NCBI GenBank assembly: GCA_045639065.1
Contig: JAZUCK010000003.1
Location: 31,900-95,899, forward strand
DNA from: Alphaproteobacteria bacterium
GTDB lineage: Bacteria; Pseudomonadota; Alphaproteobacteria; RF32; CAG-239
Length of the DNA stretch: 64,000 nucleotides
Reading direction: 5' to 3'
The notes below the pieces were generated by a model. The model worked only from the letters and a program-made list of their open reading frames with translations. It was not told the origin of the DNA and made no database searches. Below, piece by piece: positions 58,160 through 64,000 of this stretch. Position 1 is the stretch's first letter. Every line of letters begins with the position of its first letter. The translations under genes were made by a program, and so were the position numbers.

Positions 58160-58825
58160 TTAAAAATCCAAATTAGTATAATTTTTTGCCGGCAATATTC
58201 CTCTTATGGTATCTTTCAACAAATCCTTAAACGAAGGACGTGATTTTATTTTAGAGTACCATAATTTCGATGCGGGAAATTCGTCCCATGGAACATCACC
58301 AAGATAGTCTATAATTGAAAAATGAGCTGCAGCAGTTAAATCGGCCAGAGTTAATTCTTCTCCCACTAAGTATTGGTGTTTGCTTAACAGCCATTCAATA
58401 TACTCAAGATGATATCCTATATTATTAAGCCCTATTTTTAATATCTTAGAATCAGGAGCCATGCCGTTTGAAAAACGTTTATTTACCTTTTCAAATACAA
58501 TATTCTGATATACTTCTCGATAAAATTTGTTATCAAACCAATCTATCATACGGCGAATTTCAGCCTTTTGTTTCAGGCTTCCATAGATAAGAGGTATTTC
58601 TTTTTGAGTTTCCTCCAAAAATTCGGAAATTGCATAGTGCCCGACAATAACATTACCATCATTTAGGAATACGGGTAGTTCGCCCGCAGGATTAAGCTTG
58701 TATAAATCAGACGACAAATTCCAAGGCTCTTCTTCCTTTAAGACGAAAAGCATCTTTTTTTCGCTCATCTGCAAACGAATCTTACGCGCAAACGGCGATG
58801 TTGTATGATGAATAAGTAAAACCAT
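58160..58825 (-). CDS. fzlA: glutathione S-transferase family protein, FtsZ-binding FzlA-like
   Basis: SRK-like SPFARKIRL...EK, LNPAGELPV, WFD.KF, DYLGDVPW, WY..IKSRPSF..LL.D and C-terminal Y..LDF, as in alphaproteobacterial FzlA. Confidence 0.75.
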   Translation of the reverse strand: MVLLIHHTTSPFARKIRLQMSEKKMLFVLKEEEPWNLSSDLYKLNPAGELPVFLNDGNVIVGHYAISEFLEETQKEIPLIYGSLKQKAEIRRMIDWFDNKFYREVYQNIVFEKVNKRFSNGMAPDSKILKIGLNNIGYHLEYIEWLLSKHQYLVGEELTLADLTAAAHFSIIDYLGDVPWDEFPASKLWYSKIKSRPSFKDLLKDTIRGILPAKNYTNLDF

Positions 58826-58888
58826 AGTGCTTTGAATATATATTCTGTTTTATGGCTCGTCAAGCTTGTTGTTTATCTTTTTCATCCA

Positions 58889-59785
58889 TTATTGCTTAGC
58901 TTGATTTTCAGGCTGTTTATCAACTGAATTATCTTTAATAAAGGTAGGCGGAACTGTTCCCTCATATCTTTTTTCAAATTCTGTTATCAATTTTTGTAAA
59001 TTTTGTTCAACAGCTTTTATATTGTTCTTATCAGACAAATATTTGGTTATTCTTCTGGATATCATATCACGATGCTGAGATGTTTTTGAAACTCCGATAA
59101 ACATTGGAATATTCCATAGAGATTGCTTTGCAGGCACTATTTGATTACGTAATCCGAGCCTTGTAAGCTCTAACATTCCGTTATAATAGCTTGTTATCAA
59201 ATAATCAGCTTCACGGGTATACAGTTTTTCAAATGCTTCATACAAGGAATCGACTTCTATAGGTTTATACTCGGCTACTCTTTTTTCCACAAAATCACTA
59301 AAATACTCATTTACATTTCTAGCTCCTTTTAATTTTTTTAAATCTTCAGTTGATGAAACTTCTTTTACTTTGTTAGGGAGCATAAATACGGTTATGGGAT
59401 TATACAACACAGCCGGATATAATAAATGTAATCCTCTAAATAGCTCTGTTTCGTTGTATGCACCCAGAAAGAAATCAACATTGCCGGAACGAACTTGCTG
59501 AACTAATTCATCAATATCTTTTAAATATATTTTTTTGCTTATTTCAACGTTGGCATCAGCAATAAATATATTCAACAATGGTTCAAATACTGTAAAATAT
59601 CCGTTCGCACCATCAAACGACTGATCTTCTATCCAACCAAATGGTGCATAATTTGTGTAACCGGACATTTCTACTTCTGTTACATGTTTAGGATTTTTTT
59701 CTTCATAACGAACAAAAGATTGTGCGTTATTTATATTTTGAAAACAAAACATAACACTAAAAATTGTGAGCAGTATTTTTTTCAT
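58889..59785 (-). CDS. extracellular solute-binding protein family 3 (polar amino-acid type)
   Basis: Signal peptide from ATG at 59785, NYAPF, G.VD, DLKKLKG, READY. Confidence 0.75.
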   Translation of the reverse strand: MKKILLTIFSVMFCFQNINNAQSFVRYEEKNPKHVTEVEMSGYTNYAPFGWIEDQSFDGANGYFTVFEPLLNIFIADANVEISKKIYLKDIDELVQQVRSGNVDFFLGAYNETELFRGLHLLYPAVLYNPITVFMLPNKVKEVSSTEDLKKLKGARNVNEYFSDFVEKRVAEYKPIEVDSLYEAFEKLYTREADYLITSYYNGMLELTRLGLRNQIVPAKQSLWNIPMFIGVSKTSQHRDMISRRITKYLSDKNNIKAVEQNLQKLITEFEKRYEGTVPPTFIKDNSVDKQPENQAKQ

Positions 59786-59889
59786 TGTTGCTTTTATCCT
59801 CGATATTATATATATGTTACAATGCAGTATGTGTAAATTATAGTCATTATCTGTTAAAAAAAACTTTATTTTAAGGGAAATATATAAAA

Positions 59890-60255
59890 ATGAACACCAC
59901 AGGCGGATATATACAAAATGAAATTGCCGGTATGAACGAAGCCGAATTGGAAGCCAGAGCATTGATTCGAACAGCATCAGCGCTTAATTCAGTTAAAGAA
60001 AATTGGGATAGTAGCGAAAAGGAGGAATTGTCAAAAGCTTTGGATAAGAATCGCCGTTTGTGGAGTATTTTGGCATCGGCAATGAGCGAAAAAGATTGCC
60101 CTCAGCCTGTTGAAATAAAGCAAAATATTTTGAACTTAGCAAACTTCATTTTTAAGAGAACAACCGAAATTATAGCTAATCCGGAACCGCAAAAATTGGA
60201 AATATTGATAAATATAAATATGAATATTGCCAGAGGATTGTCGGGCAAAGAATAA
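59890..60255 (+). CDS. flaF: flagellar biosynthesis regulator FlaF
   Basis: ELEARAL, AL..NRRLW, P.P.EIKQNILNL..FI, LININ.NIARGL. Confidence 0.9.
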   Translation: MNTTGGYIQNEIAGMNEAELEARALIRTASALNSVKENWDSSEKEELSKALDKNRRLWSILASAMSEKDCPQPVEIKQNILNLANFIFKRTTEIIANPEPQKLEILININMNIARGLSGKE

Positions 60256-60361
60256 TTGCATAACACGTTATAATTATTATAAAAAAACAAAAAATATAAA
60301 ATTTTACAAAAAAAAGTATTGACTATATAAAATAAATAGATTATCAATGCTTTCAGTTTAT

Positions 60362-60447
60362 GGGGGTATGGCGGAACTGGTAGACGCGCTAGACTCAAAA
60401 TCTTGTGGCCTCAGGCCGTGTCAGTTCGAGTCTGACTACCCCTACCA
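60362..60447 (+). tRNA. tRNA-Leu (CAA)
   Basis: Acceptor GGGGGTA/TACCCCT + ACCA, D-arm GCGGAACTGGTAGACGC, anticodon loop CTCAAAA, long variable arm GGCC-TCA-GGCC, T-arm GTCAG-TTCGAGT-CTGAC. Confidence 0.96.
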
Positions 60448-60449
60448 AC

Positions 60450-60483
60450 AAAAAAAGCTCTGATTTAATTATCAGAGCTTTTT
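60450..60483. terminator. bidirectional terminator (tRNA / glycosyltransferase)
   Basis: AAAAAAGCTCTGAT...ATCAGAGCTTTTT. Confidence 0.88.
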
Positions 60484-60488
60484 GTTTA

Positions 60489-61502
60489 TTATTTCATTAT
60501 CAAAATTGTCGCCAAAAATATAACCACAAGAAGAAGTATCAGTAATATTATCAATGATATGTGATACTTTTTCTTTAGCTTGCGATTTTTTTTGCTCAGA
60601 TTGTTATTCAATGGTGAATATATAAACTGTTCCCACAAATCAGAAAATTCGTCTGATATATTTTGTAGTTCTTCAAATTTTTTATGCTTAAGTAATACAT
60701 TTATTGTAGCCTGTCCCATTTCTGTAAGCGCGGAATGTTTATCTGCATTAAAAGTTTTTTCTACTTCTTTATAAAAGCGCATATGCTTTGTACCACAACG
60801 CAAAAACCAATCATCTGTTTCACCGCATCCGGCCCATATACCACCGCCATGTTTTCTATACACAGCCATAACATCAGGAAGAAAACCTATTTTTCCGGCT
60901 TGGGCATGAAGAAGATGTAAAAACCAATCACCTGGTAAAATTTTATCTGGTATTTTATTGTAGTTACCATCTCCTAAGGCCCAACGATATACCACAGAGT
61001 TAGTTTGAATAAAGTTTGACTTAAGTAGATCGTCTAAGGTTAATACTGTTTTATTAAAACGCATTTTAGGAGTTGGGAATATAGAATCATCTGCGCTTTT
61101 ATCTTCCCATACAACCTTTACAGGGTGAAAACATACAGCAAAATCAGGATTGTTTTCCAAAAAATCTATTTGCATTTGCAATTTATTAGGATCTGTCCAA
61201 TAATCATCACCTTCACAAAGCGCTACATATTTTCCTTTAACTCTAGGATATTGGAATGTTTTAGATATAGAAACCCCTTTTTGCCATTGGTTTTCCGCCT
61301 GATAAATCGGCTTAATAATATCAGGATATTTTTTTTCGTATTCTCGAATAACATCAGCTGTTCCATCGGTTGATGCATCGTCATGAATAAGGACCTCAAA
61401 CGGAAAATTGGTATTTTGCATAAGAATACTATCAAGACACTTCTTGATAAATTTTACATGGTTATAAGTTATAACATCAATTGATAATTTTATTTTTTTC
61501 AT
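60489..61502 (-). CDS. glycosyltransferase family 2 with C-terminal membrane anchor
   Basis: ITYNH, HDDASTDGT, GKYVALCEGDDYW, GDW, MAVYR; basic patch plus hydrophobic C-terminus. Confidence 0.92.
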   Translation of the reverse strand: MKKIKLSIDVITYNHVKFIKKCLDSILMQNTNFPFEVLIHDDASTDGTADVIREYEKKYPDIIKPIYQAENQWQKGVSISKTFQYPRVKGKYVALCEGDDYWTDPNKLQMQIDFLENNPDFAVCFHPVKVVWEDKSADDSIFPTPKMRFNKTVLTLDDLLKSNFIQTNSVVYRWALGDGNYNKIPDKILPGDWFLHLLHAQAGKIGFLPDVMAVYRKHGGGIWAGCGETDDWFLRCGTKHMRFYKEVEKTFNADKHSALTEMGQATINVLLKHKKFEELQNISDEFSDLWEQFIYSPLNNNLSKKNRKLKKKYHISLIILLILLLVVIFLATILIMK

Positions 61503-61505
61503 ATC

Positions 61506-62783
61506 CTATTCCTCATAATTATTTAAGATATCAATATCTAACTTTTCTATTATCATATCATTTCCGTTTTCATCTATAACTTTTAGTGTTGAAAAAATAT
61601 CTAATATACTACTTCTTAATTCGCTATAATTTGAAGCAACAATACAAAATTCACCAAATCTTTGTCTTACATCTTTTGTTTTTAATACAATATCTCCTTC
61701 ATCATATCTTTTAGAGATAGATATAAAATTATTTTTGTTCGCTAATTCATCAAATCCTGTAATTTTAGAAATTTTTCCTGGTTTTAAACAAGGCCATATC
61801 ATTGCACCTACTTTATCTATGTTTTGTTTTTTTATTGCTCTATAATTATTTTTTGTTATTTTACCAAACAATGCAAATTCAACAAATATTTTTGGGATAT
61901 CAATGCCTGTAATTTTTTTATACACATCACAAAAATTATCACCAGGAAATCTAATACCTGGATCATAAGGTCTTACAGTATCATCAATAAATGCTTGAAA
62001 AAATACTGGAGAGAATTCTAATTTAATTTTTTTTATAAAATTTTTAAGCTTATTATCTATTGTTTCTAATTTACTTTTATAAAATTTTGAAGGAAATATT
62101 TCCGCAATTGCTAACTTATCAAAGCCGTTATCTTTTGACCCCAAATATCTATCTAAAATTCTTATGAGAATAGGATCTTTATCTGCTACAATATAAGCAA
62201 TTTCAACATCATTATTTTTTCCCATATATTTTTCGATAATTACTTCATCGGTACTACTGTATTCTTTTGCATATACAATAGCATCATTAGCTTCTTGAAA
62301 ATTGTGACATATTGTTTGTCCTCTAGATCCTCTTGAATCATTAGGTTTAATGAGTATTGGAAAAGATATACTTTTTGATCTATTTAGAACATCTTGTTCT
62401 GTATATGTATCTATTATATCTACGCCATTTTCTTTACAAAAATCTTTGAACAATATCTTGTTTGTTAATATATCATGTTGCATTTTGTTGCCAAAACAAT
62501 AATATCCAAGCCTTTCACATAATTGTTGGTATGGAATTTGCGTAATATCAAGGTAGGGTGCTATTACACCATTTATATTTTCTTCTATACAAAATTTTTC
62601 CAAAGTATCGATATCTGTAACATTATACATGAGAGGAACATCTGATATGGCTTTCGCTGGCGATTGCTCTATTGGAAGATAATCTGTAACATAAGTTTTT
62701 ACACCTAATTCTTTAGCTACTTTGACTATCTTTATATGTTGGTAGCTTCCACCCAATATAAGTAATTTTTTATTAAAATGCAT
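61506..62783 (-). CDS. ATP-grasp domain protein (polysaccharide-locus type)
   Basis: LLILGG, FPILIKPNDSRGSRG, IIEKY, D.G.RFPG. Confidence 0.85.
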   Translation of the reverse strand: MHFNKKLLILGGSYQHIKIVKVAKELGVKTYVTDYLPIEQSPAKAISDVPLMYNVTDIDTLEKFCIEENINGVIAPYLDITQIPYQQLCERLGYYCFGNKMQHDILTNKILFKDFCKENGVDIIDTYTEQDVLNRSKSISFPILIKPNDSRGSRGQTICHNFQEANDAIVYAKEYSSTDEVIIEKYMGKNNDVEIAYIVADKDPILIRILDRYLGSKDNGFDKLAIAEIFPSKFYKSKLETIDNKLKNFIKKIKLEFSPVFFQAFIDDTVRPYDPGIRFPGDNFCDVYKKITGIDIPKIFVEFALFGKITKNNYRAIKKQNIDKVGAMIWPCLKPGKISKITGFDELANKNNFISISKRYDEGDIVLKTKDVRQRFGEFCIVASNYSELRSSILDIFSTLKVIDENGNDMIIEKLDIDILNNYEE

Positions 62784-62844
62784 TTATATATATCCTAGTA
62801 TCAATTATTAATATAATCAATTTTTAAGCTTCATTAGTTGTTCT

Positions 62845-63420
62845 TTATTCATTTATCTCCTCTATTTCATTTAAAAATTCTTGTTCTAAATTTAAGATAT
62901 TTTTATTTCTATCGCCTATAATTCTTGCTGGAACACCAAAATATACTTTCCATGGTTGTGTTGATTTCATTAAAAGGCTCATCGCACCAATAGACGATCC
63001 TTCACCCAACTCAACACCTGGCAAAACTGTAGTTCCTGATCCAACTACACAATGTTTATTAAAAATTACTGGTTTAGAAACTATGTTGCGATATCTATCA
63101 GGAATCATTGGATTTGTTAATCCATTAAAATAATCATCTGAAATTGCATAAATTCTGCAATTAGAAGATATTCCTGAAAAATCTTTTAAAAAAATACCAG
63201 CTGATCCAGCATATAATCCAGAGTATGCGGCTATGTGAACATAGCTTCCGACATCAATTTTTCCACTAAGAATACAAAAATCATCAACTCTTACATTATT
63301 ACCAATTGATATATTATGAGCACCATAAATAGAACATTTACGAGAAATCAAAACATTTTTACCAAATGATTTTAATCCCAATTTCCTAAGTTCCTTTATT
63401 GTATAAAAGCTAGATTGCAT
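62845..63420 (-). CDS. hexapeptide-repeat acyltransferase (dTDP-amino-sugar N-acyltransferase-like)
   Basis: ISIGNNVRVDDFCILSG, HIAAY, SDDY, VLPGVELGEG, YFGVPAR. Confidence 0.88.
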   Translation of the reverse strand: MQSSFYTIKELRKLGLKSFGKNVLISRKCSIYGAHNISIGNNVRVDDFCILSGKIDVGSYVHIAAYSGLYAGSAGIFLKDFSGISSNCRIYAISDDYFNGLTNPMIPDRYRNIVSKPVIFNKHCVVGSGTTVLPGVELGEGSSIGAMSLLMKSTQPWKVYFGVPARIIGDRNKNILNLEQEFLNEIEEINE

Positions 63421-63479
63421 CGTCCCTCCTCTAACACTTGCTTATAAGTAGCCTTTTATTATATATACTTCAATTAAAA

Positions 63480-63694
63480 CTAACCAATTTTTAATACCGG
63501 ATTACCCAACATATAGCTATTATCTCCACATCCTTTATATATACAACTTAAAGGTGCTATTTTGTTATTATTACCGATTTTTGCCTTAGGTAATAATAGT
63601 AGTATTGCGCTTCATCATAAATACATATTTCATCTTTTGGTACAACCACACTTATACTTGATATTTTTACATGATTGAATTTACTTAATGTCAT
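63480..63694 (-). pseudogene. chimeric deletion remnant: 5' end of a FabH-like (ketoacyl-ACP synthase III-like) gene fused out of frame to the 3' end of a hexapeptide acetyltransferase
   Basis: ATG at 63694 (AAGGTG upstream): MTLSKFNHVKISSISVVVPKDEICIYDEAQYY...; another frame from ~63599: LLLPKAKIGNNNKIAPLSCIYKGCGDNSYMLGNPVLKIG-stop (63480). Confidence 0.65.
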
Positions 63695-63784
63695 TACTTT
63701 TTCACCTTATTAAACTTAAATTTTTTATTTTTTATAAACTATCTTTATCTTGATAAATTAGAATATTACTGCTAAAATATCCTA

Positions 63785-64000
63785 CTATTCCCAAGAAATA
63801 ATGAATTTAATTTTTTTTCTAAATAATTTTATTGATAATAATCTTATAAATTTATTTGTCGAAAATGTAGGACATCGTAATCCTATATCATCAAGAAACG
63901 ACCATTCGTAATTTGTTTTGGTAAAATCATATAAATTCTGAGGTCTTTTATATCTATAAATACAAATATTTTCATCTAATATTTCTGTTTCATCAATTTC
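63785..64000 (-). CDS. 3' end of a hypothetical protein (enters from beyond the window)
   Basis: Open frame EIDETEILDENICIYRYKRPQNLYDF...KKIKFIISWE-stop; product unidentified. Confidence 0.55.
   Translation of the reverse strand, partial: EIDETEILDENICIYRYKRPQNLYDFTKTNYEWSFLDDIGLRCPTFSTNKFIRLLSIKLFRKKIKFIISWE

Noticed and set aside
60389-60405. U-U mismatch in the tRNA-Leu anticodon stem suggesting a pseudo-tRNA
   Set aside because: All other arms, the encoded CCA and the terminator are intact; single mismatches at this position are tolerated
60362-60490. Prophage or integrative element at tRNA-Leu
   Set aside because: No integrase next to the tRNA and no duplicated tRNA 3' end in the window

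Overview
AT-rich alphaproteobacterial chromosome segment. The gene content and order (trmFO-hpnCDE, chpT-cheY-cheR, PBP1A-amiC-rne-bepA, hflKC-degP, flgIJNKL, flaF, fzlA) are Rhodospirillales-like; a host-associated RF32-type lineage is my inference. The core backbone also holds prfB with an intact +1 programmed frameshift, a sigma-54 promoter before flgI, two RND efflux systems, rplM-rpsI and tRNA-Leu(CAA). Three accessory regions stand out. (i) 39.6-42.8 kb: SD-less, mostly terminator-bounded orphan genes, including a 26-aa helical-repeat protein and two paralogues sharing a CLec/DUF1566-like domain. (ii) 44.0-52.0 kb: three secreted cysteine-rich modular proteins. Two of them have a duplicated regulatory region (TTAA-N7-TTAC box, IHF-like site, -35/extended -10, leader hairpin) with identical spacing, and a ~370-nt nested palindromic element lies between two of the genes. 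(iii) 60.5-64 kb: a very AT-rich surface-glycan locus with a fabH-like/acetyltransferase deletion scar. I found no CRISPR array, transposase, integrase or reverse transcriptase. All calls come from reading motifs by eye; no searches were run.
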